This document shows, piece by piece, positions 21,327-29,051 of a stretch of DNA of 64,000 nucleotides; positions within the stretch are counted from its first letter, which is position 1, and each line of letters starts with the position of its first letter. Location of the stretch: NCBI GenBank assembly GCA_002694745.1, contig NZMY01000050.1, forward strand, positions 196,630-260,629, written 5' to 3'. Made by a program: the position numbers and the translations under genes. Source of the DNA: Croceicoccus sp. (GTDB taxonomy: Bacteria > Pseudomonadota > Alphaproteobacteria > Sphingomonadales > Sphingomonadaceae). The notes under the pieces are model-generated. The model was not told where the DNA came from. It saw only the letters and a program-made list of their open reading frames with translations, and ran no database searches.

Positions 21327-21665
21327 ATGGCCGAGACAAGCACGATCACCGCCGACGCGGCGCTGGACGAGGAACGCGAACGCCGCAGCCTGCCGCGCAT
21401 CGGGCTGGTGCTGACCGCGCTCTATGTCGCGGGGCTGGTGATCTATCTGTGGGCGCAGGGGCAGAACCCCGCCAGCCTCGACCTCAACGAACTGGGCGAT
21501 TTTCTCGGCGGGGTATCCAGCCCGCTGGCGTTCCTGTGGCTGGTGCTGGGCTTCTTTCAGCAGGGGCGCGAGATTCGCCTCTCGAACAAGGCGCTCAAGC
21601 TGCAGGCCGCCGAAATGCGCCGCTCGGTCGACGAGCACCGGCGGCTGGCAGGCGGCGGCGAATGA
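21327..21665 (+). CDS. Hypothetical membrane protein
   Basis: Two hydrophobic segments (IGLVLTALYVAGLVIYLW, LAFLWLVLGFF). 4-nt overlap with the next gene. Confidence 0.55.
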   Translation: MAETSTITADAALDEERERRSLPRIGLVLTALYVAGLVIYLWAQGQNPASLDLNELGDFLGGVSSPLAFLWLVLGFFQQGREIRLSNKALKLQAAEMRRSVDEHRRLAGGGE

Positions 21666-22063
21666 GCGAGACCGAACGCAACCGCGCGCTGATCACGCAG
21701 GCGTTCGCAGGGCTGGAACACGGCGACCCCTCCGCCTTCATCCCGCTGTTCGCCCCCGACATCGCATGGCGCGTCATGGGCTCTAGCGCATGGTCGAAAC
21801 GCGCCTTCGGCCTCGCCGATGTGGAGCGCGACCTCGTCGGTCCGCTGTTCGCGCGCTTTGCCGGACCCTATCGCAATATCCCCGAACTGATCATGGCTGA
21901 CGAAGACCGCGTTGTCGTGCTGGCCAAGGGTCATGCCGAAACGATGGAGGGGCGCACCTATGCCAACGATTATTGCTTCGTCTTTCGCCTGCGGGACGGG
22001 ATGATCGCCGAAGTGCGCGAATATATGGACACGATCCTCGCCGACGAAGTGCTGGGCCGCTGA
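21662..22063 (+). CDS. NTF2/SnoaL-like family protein
   Basis: MSETERNRALITQAFAGLEHGD...YCFVFRLRDGMIAEVREYMDT. ATG at 21662 lies inside the longer track ORF 21221-22063. Confidence 0.75.
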   Translation: MSETERNRALITQAFAGLEHGDPSAFIPLFAPDIAWRVMGSSAWSKRAFGLADVERDLVGPLFARFAGPYRNIPELIMADEDRVVVLAKGHAETMEGRTYANDYCFVFRLRDGMIAEVREYMDTILADEVLGR

Positions 22064-22108
22064 CACGCCCGACTAGCCAGCGCGGCGCGATGCGCGCATA
22101 GGGGCGCG

Positions 22109-22255
22109 CATGGCCGATCTCTATCTCAAGAACCTCGAATCCGAACGCCGCCAGCTGTGGGCGACCTGCCGCCTGAAGGGGCTGCCCAAGGATTCGCCCG
22201 AACGTCAGCGCATCGCCCAGATCGACGAGGCGATCGCCGCGCACAAGGCGAAATA
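22109..22255 (+). CDS. Small hypothetical protein (48 aa)
   Basis: Hand-read ORF MADLYLKNLESERRQLWATCRLKGLPKDSPERQRIAQIDEAIAAHKAK. Third-position G+C is about 83 percent by my count, as in real genes here. Confidence 0.5.
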
Positions 22256-22304
22256 GGCGCGGGCGGCGCTGCCCGGCGGAGCGACCCGCCGGACGCCGCG
22301 CCGA

Positions 22305-22439
22305 TCATCCGTTCTTCAAATTCTCCAGCCCCTTGATCCCGCCCGGCTTCAGGCTGGGCTGCGAGGCGTTCGTCTTGGGTGCCTTTTCGGCCTTGGGTTT
22401 GCGGATTTCCTTGTTCGACTTGCGTTGGCCCTTGGCCAT
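22305..22439 (-). CDS. Small basic hypothetical protein (44 aa)
   Basis: MAKGQRKSNKEIRKPKAEKAPKTNASQPSLKPGGIKGLENLKNG from the ATG at 22439. High third-position G+C. Confidence 0.5.
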   Translation of the reverse strand: MAKGQRKSNKEIRKPKAEKAPKTNASQPSLKPGGIKGLENLKNG

Positions 22440-22535
22440 GTCCGTTCCAATCAGGGCGGAATGCCCCGCCTGCATCATAGCGGTAACCGCCGATAACATG
22501 GCACGAATTCGCTCCGTGCCGAACGAGAGCCCCGT

Positions 22536-23021
22536 TCAGCCCGGCATCCGCGACAGCGCTACCAACACCCGGTCCAGCGCCTGCAGGAAGTTCGACCGGT
22601 CCGCCTTGCCGAACGGCGGAGGCCCGCCGGTCACCCCGTCCATGCCCGAGCGCAGATCAGCCATGATCGCGCGCATCGCGACCGCGCTGCCGATCCCGGC
22701 CTTGTCGAATATCTTGCCGTTGTGCGCCAGCACCTTCGCGCCCGCCTTCAGGCAGCGGTCGGCCAGCAATATATCGGCGGTCACGACCACGCAGCGCGGA
22801 GACACGTGCGCCGCTTCCTCGGCGATCCAGTCGTCGGCGGCGTCGAAACCATCACCCACCACCACGCGGTGGATGCGCGGATCTTGCGGAATGCGGAACG
22901 CGGCATTGCTGACGACGAACACCTCGGCGCGGTATCGCGCGGCGACGCGGTAGATCTCGTCCTTCACCGGACAGGCATCGGCATCGACAAGGATCGTCAG
23001 GGGCGCAGATCGGTCATTCAT
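22536..23021 (-). CDS. YaiI/YqxD (UPF0178, DUF188) family protein
   Basis: ILVDADACPVKDEIYRVA...VVTADILLADRCL pattern. Confidence 0.85.
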   Translation of the reverse strand: MNDRSAPLTILVDADACPVKDEIYRVAARYRAEVFVVSNAAFRIPQDPRIHRVVVGDGFDAADDWIAEEAAHVSPRCVVVTADILLADRCLKAGAKVLAHNGKIFDKAGIGSAVAMRAIMADLRSGMDGVTGGPPPFGKADRSNFLQALDRVLVALSRMPG

Positions 23022-23067
23022 CGTGCGGGCTTAGGCGAACCGACCGCAGGACGCCAAGCCCCGTGCC

Positions 23068-23670
23068 TCAGCGCAGCAATTCGCGCGCCAGCACGCCCAG
23101 CCCGCGCTGCAAGTCGCGCAGGTCCAGCGCCGCGGCGCTCGTTTCGGCCAGCGCACTGCCGGTCAGCGCCGGGATATGGACGAACAAGGCGCGCGTCTCC
23201 GCGCCCGCCTCGTCCAGCGCTGCCAGCGCATGGTAATAGAGATGGTTGCACACATAGCCGCCCGCATCGTCCGACGGCGCGCAGGCCAGCCCGGCGCGCT
23301 CCACCGCGGCGCACAGTTCGCCAATGTCGCAGCGCGCGGGCAGATGGTGTAGTGGATCGGCGCTATCAGGCGGCGCCGCGCCGCCCGCATCGGGAAGCGT
23401 GGCGGTGCAGGCATTGCTGGCGCGGCTTTCCAGCACCAGCCCTGCGGCCCGCGCGCTGTAGCCGGTCATGATCAAAACGCGCGGCGGCCTGCTCAGAACC
23501 GCTCTCAGCGCGGCAGGCGCATCGCCATAGCGCGTCGGCACGATCACCGCCTCCGCCCCCTGCAGAACCGGATCGCCGCATGCCTCCAGCGAGCGCACCA
23601 GCATCTCGGTCGGGTTTTCGGCCACGCCGGGAAAGGGTTCGAAACCGGTGATGACAAGCTGCGATGTCAT
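23068..23670 (-). CDS. pcp: Pyroglutamyl-peptidase I (peptidase C15)
   Basis: LVITGFEPFPGVAENPT and the catalytic-Cys context GGYVCNHLYYHAL. Confidence 0.85.
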   Translation of the reverse strand: MTSQLVITGFEPFPGVAENPTEMLVRSLEACGDPVLQGAEAVIVPTRYGDAPAALRAVLSRPPRVLIMTGYSARAAGLVLESRASNACTATLPDAGGAAPPDSADPLHHLPARCDIGELCAAVERAGLACAPSDDAGGYVCNHLYYHALAALDEAGAETRALFVHIPALTGSALAETSAAALDLRDLQRGLGVLARELLR

Positions 23671-23862
23671 GCCTGCCGTTCTCCTGTGGGTCGTATGGCG
23701 CGCGGCTAAAACACTGTCCTACACGCGCGGATAATGTCAGCCCGAAGGCATGATCAGCACCGCCGCCAGACCGATTTTCCCCGCACCCCCGCGGTGTCAC
23801 CTTTGGGCCGCAACCCCGCGGAAATCCGCGGCTGGCGACAGGGTGACAGCGCCTGTAGGACG

Positions 23863-23880
23863 TGTCACCTTTGTCACCTT
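23863..23880. repeat. Perfect tandem duplication of TGTCACCTT; a third copy lies at 23795-23803 and an inverted near-copy at 23840-23848
   Basis: Read directly from the sequence between the osmC stop and the pcp start. Confidence 0.9.
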
Positions 23881-23893
23881 TCGCGCATGCCGA

Positions 23894-24319
23894 TCAGGCG
23901 GAGAATTCGGTCGCCAGCGTGATCTCGCAGTTCAGCAGCTTGGAAATCGGGCAGTTCGCCTTGGCCTCGGCGGCCAGCTTCTCGAACTCGGCCTTGTCCA
24001 TGCCCGGGACCTTGGCCTTCATCGTCAGTGCGCTCTTGGTCACGGTAAAGCCGTCACCGTCCTTTTCCAGCGTCACGTCGCAGCTGGTGTCGAGCGTGCC
24101 GTCGGTATGCCCCGCCTTGGCCAGCGCAAAGCTGGTCGCCATGGTGAAGCAGCTCGCATGGCCGGCGGCGATCATTTCCTCCGGATTGGTGCCGGGGCCC
24201 GATTCGAAGCGGCTGTTGAAGCCATAGGGCGCATCGAGCGCGCCGGATTTGGTGGCGACATGGCCCTTGCCATCCTTGCCAAGGCCTTCGTAGCGGGCGG
24301 TTGCACTGTTCACGGTCAT
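23894..24319 (-). CDS. osmC: OsmC-family peroxiredoxin
   Basis: 141 aa, colinear with E. coli OsmC (YGFNSRFE..GTNPEEMIAAGHASCFTMA...ANCPISKLL). It is embedded in a longer spurious track ORF. Confidence 0.9.
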   Translation of the reverse strand: MTVNSATARYEGLGKDGKGHVATKSGALDAPYGFNSRFESGPGTNPEEMIAAGHASCFTMATSFALAKAGHTDGTLDTSCDVTLEKDGDGFTVTKSALTMKAKVPGMDKAEFEKLAAEAKANCPISKLLNCEITLATEFSA

Positions 24320-24503
24320 TGCGGGGTTCCTTCCAGACGGGATGTCCTGTGTCCGAACAGCGCGCGAGCGCGGCCGATGTTCCGGCGCCCGGGTTTCCGG
24401 TCCAGCCCGATAGCGCTTGTGTACCGGGCGGTTGAGGCGGATAAGCGCCGCATCCATGCACGCCCCAAGGCTGGCATGCCCTCGTTCCCCGAAATCAAGG
24501 ACA

Positions 24504-24857
24504 ATGCGCGCCATGCCCACCAAAACCACGACCAATCCGCTCGTGCCGTTCGGACAAATGCCCTTCGGACAGATAATGGATCCGATGGCGATGTCGCGCC
24601 TTGCGTTCGACTGGTGGAAGCTGTGCTTCGATTCGACACAGGTGATCGCGCTGCGTTCGATGCGGATGATGCAGGGCGGCGCGCTGGCCCAGCACGAGGC
24701 GGTGCGCATGGTGTCGGAAAAATGGGAAACCGCCACGCTGGTGGTGATGAATGCCTCGTCCGGCAAGGGTGGCACCACGCCCGAGGCGCTGATGCGCGGC
24801 GCGATGCAGCGCTATCAGACGAAGGTGTCGTCGAACCGCAGGCGTCTGACGCGCTGA
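24504..24857 (+). CDS. Hypothetical protein
   Basis: ORF 24417-24857. ATG at 24504 or 24513 after aagga. No family recognised with confidence. Confidence 0.5.
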   Translation: MRAMPTKTTTNPLVPFGQMPFGQIMDPMAMSRLAFDWWKLCFDSTQVIALRSMRMMQGGALAQHEAVRMVSEKWETATLVVMNASSGKGGTTPEALMRGAMQRYQTKVSSNRRRLTR

Positions 24858-24862
24858 CCCTG

Positions 24863-25084
24863 CTATCCCACCGCCGCGTGCCGGTGGGTCAGCATGTCCA
24901 GCAAGCGGATCTCGCCGCGCCATGCGCGTTCGTGGAAAAAGAACACCACCGCGTTCACGCATGGCTCGACCAGCGCGATCCCGCTGGCGAGCGCGAAGCT
25001 GCCGGTAAAGGCAAAGGCCACCGCAAAGCCCACCACAAGGTGAAGGCCGAGGAAGCTGATCGTCTTGGCGAAATCGCGGGTCAT
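24863..25084 (-). CDS. DUF2061-like small membrane protein
   Basis: Two TM segments and the C-terminal FFFHERAW motif. Confidence 0.7.
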   Translation of the reverse strand: MTRDFAKTISFLGLHLVVGFAVAFAFTGSFALASGIALVEPCVNAVVFFFHERAWRGEIRLLDMLTHRHAAVG

Positions 25085-25412
25085 GCCGGGATCCTGATGA
25101 TTGAGGGCATCGTCGAAGATCGGGATTTATTGCGAGCGGCTCGCAAATTACAGCGGGGAAAGCCGCTGACGATGATCGCCCGAAACGATGATCCGCGGGG
25201 GCAGGGCCGCGAGTCGCCTCTATGCAGGCCGGGTGCGGGCCAGCCGCAATCGGCTTGTTCCAGGCCGCCAAATGACCGCGCAGGGCCGCAAATTGCGGCG
25301 TCAGCGGTTCGCTTTGCCCCCGATTTCGCCCTCGGCTGGGGATTACGCGCCGCGCACCCCTTTCCGGGGCGGGCGCTTCGTGCTTGGCCTAGCGTGTCGG
25401 GCCTAAGCGCTC

Positions 25413-25438
25413 GGAACGCGGGCGGGTGCGGCTTCGTT
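25413..25438 (+). promoter_or_regulatory. Candidate EcfG-type (general stress response ECF sigma) promoter GGAAC-N17-CGTT
   Basis: GGAAC at 25413-25417 and CGTT at 25435-25438, 34 nt upstream of the PEBP gene ATG, in an intergenic region. Confidence 0.55.
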
Positions 25439-25471
25439 GCCCCATCGAACCCACCGCGCGAAAGGATTGCG

Positions 25472-26077
25472 ATGCTTGAACATGTCCCCGAATGGCTGGG
25501 CGCCGCCCTGCACAATGTCCGCGCAGGACACAGCAAGCTGGCGTCCGTGAAACTGGGCGGCGAAGGTGTCGTCGGTGCCGGCGGCATGGTGCTGACCTCC
25601 GCCGCCTTCGAAAATGGCGAGGAGCTGGACCCCAGCTTCACCGCTGACGAGGAAGACGCCGTCGCGCCGCCGCTGGAATGGAACCATGTCCCCGCCGGCG
25701 CGCAGGAACTCGTCCTCATCGTCGAGGATCCCGACGCACCGTCGCCCGAACCCTTCTGCCACTGGCTGGTCTGGGGCCTCGCGCCCCAGCGCGGCAAGCT
25801 GATGGAAGGCGAGGTGCCGCCCAAGGTCGGCAAGAATTCCTACCAGAATTCAGAATGGCTGCTGCCCGATCCGCCCACCGGCCACGGCGCGCACGACTAT
25901 GTGTTCCAGCTGTTCGCCGTCGACACGCCGATCGACCTCAAGCCCGGGGCGGGGCGGGGCGCGTTGATGAAGGCGATGGAAGGCCATGTGCTCTCGCTGG
26001 CGATCCTCACCGCCACCTACGAACGCGGCGGCGAGATCAAGGACTGGGACGACATCGAGCTGGACGACGAGGATTGA
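25472..26077 (+). CDS. YbhB/YbcL (PEBP, Raf-kinase-inhibitor-like) family protein
   Basis: LVLIVEDPDAPSPEPFCHWLVW and GHGAHDYVFQLFA motifs. ATG at 25472 after aaagga. It is the last 201 codons of the 775-aa track ORF. Confidence 0.85.
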   Translation: MLEHVPEWLGAALHNVRAGHSKLASVKLGGEGVVGAGGMVLTSAAFENGEELDPSFTADEEDAVAPPLEWNHVPAGAQELVLIVEDPDAPSPEPFCHWLVWGLAPQRGKLMEGEVPPKVGKNSYQNSEWLLPDPPTGHGAHDYVFQLFAVDTPIDLKPGAGRGALMKAMEGHVLSLAILTATYERGGEIKDWDDIELDDED

Positions 26078-26153
26078 GCCGCGTCCCGCATATTCAACAC
26101 GATCCGGCTGCCCTGACGGGGGCCGAAGCTCTCCTATGGAAAGGAAGTAAGTA

Positions 26154-26405
26154 ATGGCTGCCAAGAATAACGCGATCAACAAGCCCGTGCCCGTTTCGGC
26201 CGATCTGGAAGAGATCGTCGGCAAGGGCCCGATGGCGCGCGGCGAAGTGACCGCGAAGGTCTGGGAATACATCAAGAAGCACGATCTGCAGGCCGCCGAC
26301 GACAAGCGCATGATCGAACCCGACGCCAAGCTGGGCAAGGTCATCGGGACCGAGAAGATCTCGATGTTCAAGATGACCGCTGCGGTGTCCAAGCACCTCG
26401 GCTGA
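26154..26405 (+). CDS. SWIB/MDM2 domain protein
   Basis: LEEIVGKGPMARGEVTAKVWEYIKKHDLQ...KISMFKM. Confidence 0.85.
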   Translation: MAAKNNAINKPVPVSADLEEIVGKGPMARGEVTAKVWEYIKKHDLQAADDKRMIEPDAKLGKVIGTEKISMFKMTAAVSKHLG

Positions 26406-26452
26406 TCGGCCGCGAGGCATGGGGCGGGGCGGTCCTGCGGGATCGGCCCGCC

Positions 26453-26938
26453 CTATTCGCGTGAAGCGTCCTTGCGCCGCTTTACGTCGATATGGCCCAG
26501 GATGCGCACGAAATAGGCCGTCGACCAGCCAAGCATCATGACGCCGACGATACTCTCAAGCGCCGCGACATTGCGCCAGCTTTTCAGGATAAGGGCGTCG
26601 CTGAAGCCCACGGTCGAATAGCTGATGGTCGAGAAATACAGCGCCGACGACAGATCGGGCAGCGCACGCACGGCGAGGTAGAAAAAGGCGTAAAGCCAGA
26701 TCTCGGCCCCGTGGATGACCAGCAGGAAAAGCACGATGGCGATCGTCATGGCGATGCCGTGAAAGGTGACCGGAGGAAGATGGGTCCCCCGCCGGGGATC
26801 GTCGCTGGGCCGGATGAAGCGGGTGATGAGCGCGAGCCCGAGGCCATGGATGATGACGCAGGCAGCGCCCAGAACGCTCGACGCGGCAAGTTCGACGCCA
26901 AGCTGGTGAAACGGCGTCGCGGCCAGATCAATCGACAT
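26453..26938 (-). CDS. Two-TM potassium-channel-family protein with non-canonical filter TVGFSD
   Basis: Pore helix plus filter YFSTISYSTVGFSD (nt 26597-26614), flanked by TM segments. Confidence 0.75.
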   Translation of the reverse strand: MSIDLAATPFHQLGVELAASSVLGAACVIIHGLGLALITRFIRPSDDPRRGTHLPPVTFHGIAMTIAIVLFLLVIHGAEIWLYAFFYLAVRALPDLSSALYFSTISYSTVGFSDALILKSWRNVAALESIVGVMMLGWSTAYFVRILGHIDVKRRKDASRE

Positions 26939-27074
26939 GATGCCCGCCCCCGGTCGATGCGCTTCATTCGGGCCGGAGAGCCGGAAAGGCTCCCCGCGCG
27001 CCGATCACGCTAATGAGGACGTCCGCATTTGCCAATGGCCCGGTAAAGTGGAAACGGGCCGGGCAGAGGCGGGA

Positions 27075-27257
27075 TCAGGACTTCTTTTCGGGCAGGTCTT
27101 CGCGGTCGGTCGAAGCGAAGTCCTCAAGCTCGGATTCTGACATGCTGTCGTACATCTCTTTCGACGCACCCTGCAGGTCCGATACCTTGGTCTCGCCCCG
27201 CTTGGCCGACAATGCGGCGCCCGCGGCTTTCTGCTGTGCCTTTGATTGTGCTGGCAT
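27075..27257 (-). CDS. DUF3008-like small protein
   Basis: MPAQSKAQQKAAGAALSAKRGE...SMSESELEDFA. Its start overlaps the upstream stop (TGATG). Confidence 0.7.
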   Translation of the reverse strand: MPAQSKAQQKAAGAALSAKRGETKVSDLQGASKEMYDSMSESELEDFASTDREDLPEKKS

Positions 27258-27484
27258 CACTTGGCCTCCAATTCCGATCCAAGCTTGAGAACCTCGTCGC
27301 CATCGTCCTGCTTGATCAGATAGGCGGGGTCCTCGCTGGTCCCGTTTCGCTTCACCTTCGAACCCTTTATGGTCCGCTCGACATCGCGTTCGAACCGTTC
27401 CTTGACCTGTCCGGTGGCGGTGCCGTTGCCCCAGTCCCACTTGACGTGCTGGTCTTTTTGAAAGCTGTTCTTCTTGTCCGCCAT
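27257..27484 (-). CDS. DUF2945-like (Tudor-like, hypervirulence-associated) small protein
   Basis: VKWDWGNGTATGQVKERF...YLIKQDDGDEVLK. Confidence 0.7.
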   Translation of the reverse strand: MADKKNSFQKDQHVKWDWGNGTATGQVKERFERDVERTIKGSKVKRNGTSEDPAYLIKQDDGDEVLKLGSELEAK

Positions 27485-27496
27485 AAGTTTCCCCGA

Positions 27497-27799
27497 CTAG
27501 TCGTCAGCGGGAGCCTGTCTCCGCTCCTCTTCCCCGTAAACGAAATCATCCGCCAGCTCGTCATCGCCGGCTTGTTCCTCGCCGATGGCATCACCGGACG
27601 CCGGAGGGACGGCCTGGTTTGTCACCGCGCCATTATCCCTCACCTGATCGGAGGTGAGCGCGCCGGTAACCCAAGCGATGGTCATGGCGGCGGCGGCGAG
27701 AAACAGGCTGATAAGCAGAACATACCGCACGATGTGCGGCGTCGATCCTCCGCGTGCCTCATCGGTGGTCAGGTCGACTTCATCGCCATGGCGTTGCAT
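27497..27799 (-). CDS. Hypothetical single-TM protein with acidic tail
   Basis: ATG at 27799 preceded by ggatggaga. TM segment IVRYVLLISLFLAAAAMTIAWV. Confidence 0.5.
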   Translation of the reverse strand: MQRHGDEVDLTTDEARGGSTPHIVRYVLLISLFLAAAAMTIAWVTGALTSDQVRDNGAVTNQAVPPASGDAIGEEQAGDDELADDFVYGEEERRQAPADD

Positions 27800-27871
27800 T
27801 ATATGGTCTCCATCCAAACTTGCGATCCCGTGCCAGCAGCCGGAACCCGACCACTTGCATATATAGCGCGA

Positions 27872-27897
27872 AACGCTTCGGGAAACGCATTCGTTCC
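27872..27897 (-). promoter_or_regulatory. Candidate EcfG-type promoter GGAAC-N17-CGTT (minus strand)
   Basis: Forward aacg at 27872-27875 and gttcc at 27893-27897, spacer 17. It lies between the dapD stop and the small-protein operon. Confidence 0.55.
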
Positions 27898-27944
27898 GCC
27901 CCGGTGCGTATGCACTTCGGGGCGGGGGCGTGTCCTGTCGCTGG

Positions 27945-28787
27945 TCAGGGGCGAAGGAGTTCGTTGATTCCGGTTTTCGAACGGGTCTGCGCATCCACGG
28001 TCTTCACGATGACCGCGCAATACAGCGAAGGGCCCGGCGTGCCGTCGGGAAGCGGCTTGCCCGGCATGGCGCCCGGCACCACCACGGCGAAAGGGGGCAC
28101 CTTGCCGACATGGACTTCGCCCGTGTTGCGGTCGACGATCTTGGTGGATGCGCCGATGAATACGCCCATCGAAAGGACCGCGCCCTCGCCGATGATCGCG
28201 CCTTCGGCCACTTCGCTGCGGGCGCCGATGAACGCGCCGTCCTCGATGATGACCGGCCCGGCCTGCAGCGGTTCCAGAACGCCGCCGATCCCCGCGCCGC
28301 CCGAGATATGCACGTTCTTGCCGATCTGCGCGCAGGATCCCACCGTCGCCCAGGTATCGATCATCGCGCCGTCGTCGACATAGGCGCCGATGTTGACGAA
28401 GCTGGGCATCAGCACGACGCCCTTGCCGATATAGCTGCCGCGCCGCGCAACCGCGCCGGGGACGACGCGAAACCCGTTGCGGGCAAAGCGGTCGTCGGTC
28501 CATCCCGCGAATTTCGAGGGCACCTTGTCATAGGCGCTTTCCCCAGCCGAGCCGTAAGGCACGATCTCGTTATCGTTCAGGCGGAAGGACAGGAGCACCG
28601 CCTTTTTCAGCCACTGGTTGACCGTCCACTCGCCGTCACGCTTCTCGGCCACGCGCGCTTCGCCCGAATCGAGCAGCGCCAGCGCCTCGTCCACGTCGCT
28701 GCGCACATCGGTGCTGTCGGGCGTGACATTGGCGCGGTCCTCGAAGGCGGCGTCGATACGGGCGATCAGTTCGGAATGGGTGGTCAT
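27945..28787 (-). CDS. dapD: 2,3,4,5-tetrahydropyridine-2,6-dicarboxylate N-succinyltransferase
   Basis: 280 aa. [17 protein letters not shown] plus hexapeptide repeats. Confidence 0.95.
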   Translation of the reverse strand: MTTHSELIARIDAAFEDRANVTPDSTDVRSDVDEALALLDSGEARVAEKRDGEWTVNQWLKKAVLLSFRLNDNEIVPYGSAGESAYDKVPSKFAGWTDDRFARNGFRVVPGAVARRGSYIGKGVVLMPSFVNIGAYVDDGAMIDTWATVGSCAQIGKNVHISGGAGIGGVLEPLQAGPVIIEDGAFIGARSEVAEGAIIGEGAVLSMGVFIGASTKIVDRNTGEVHVGKVPPFAVVVPGAMPGKPLPDGTPGPSLYCAVIVKTVDAQTRSKTGINELLRP

Positions 28788-29051
28788 GCTGCGCGGCTCT
28801 TTCTGGCACGGATGGACGGGCCGCCTGTGAATGGCGGCGGGGAAACCGGCACCGCCTATCGCGTGGATCGGGTCCGGGCAACCGTTACGCGTATGGGAAA
28901 CAGGGCATTGACGCCGTCCCCGAATGGCGCAACCGTAATTCCCGCTCGATTTTTCGTGTCCGCCGGGGCACTTACCGGGGCATGTCGGACTGGCAGGGGG
29001 CCAGCCAGGGCGCGAGGTGCAAGGGGCCGATCGCGCGAAACGGGGGAATGG

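Noticed and set aside
24356-24383. Possible EcfG promoter upstream of osmC (a classic stress gene)
   Set aside because: On the minus strand the best match is GGAAC-N19-TGTT. The spacing is wrong and the -10 element is imperfect, so I do not call it.
23750-26077. 775-aa plus-strand ORF, among the longest in the track
   Set aside because: Only its last 201 codons (25472-26077) encode a recognisable PEBP protein with an SD and promoter motif. The upstream 570 codons or so are Arg/Ala/Gly-rich low complexity. They run antisense to clear osmC and DUF2061 genes and across two intergenic regions. This is a typical high-GC open-frame artefact.
28878-28938. GCAACCGT(T/A)A repeated 51 nt apart in the divergent dapD/protease spacer
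   Set aside because: Two 9/10-matching decamers could be an operator pair, but there is no palindromic symmetry and no further copies were seen. This is too weak to report as a finding.
27930-29051. The 5' 374 codons of the 1158-aa ORF 27930-31406
   Set aside because: This part is antisense to dapD, whose product is unmistakable. The protease gene has a proper lipoprotein signal starting at 29052.
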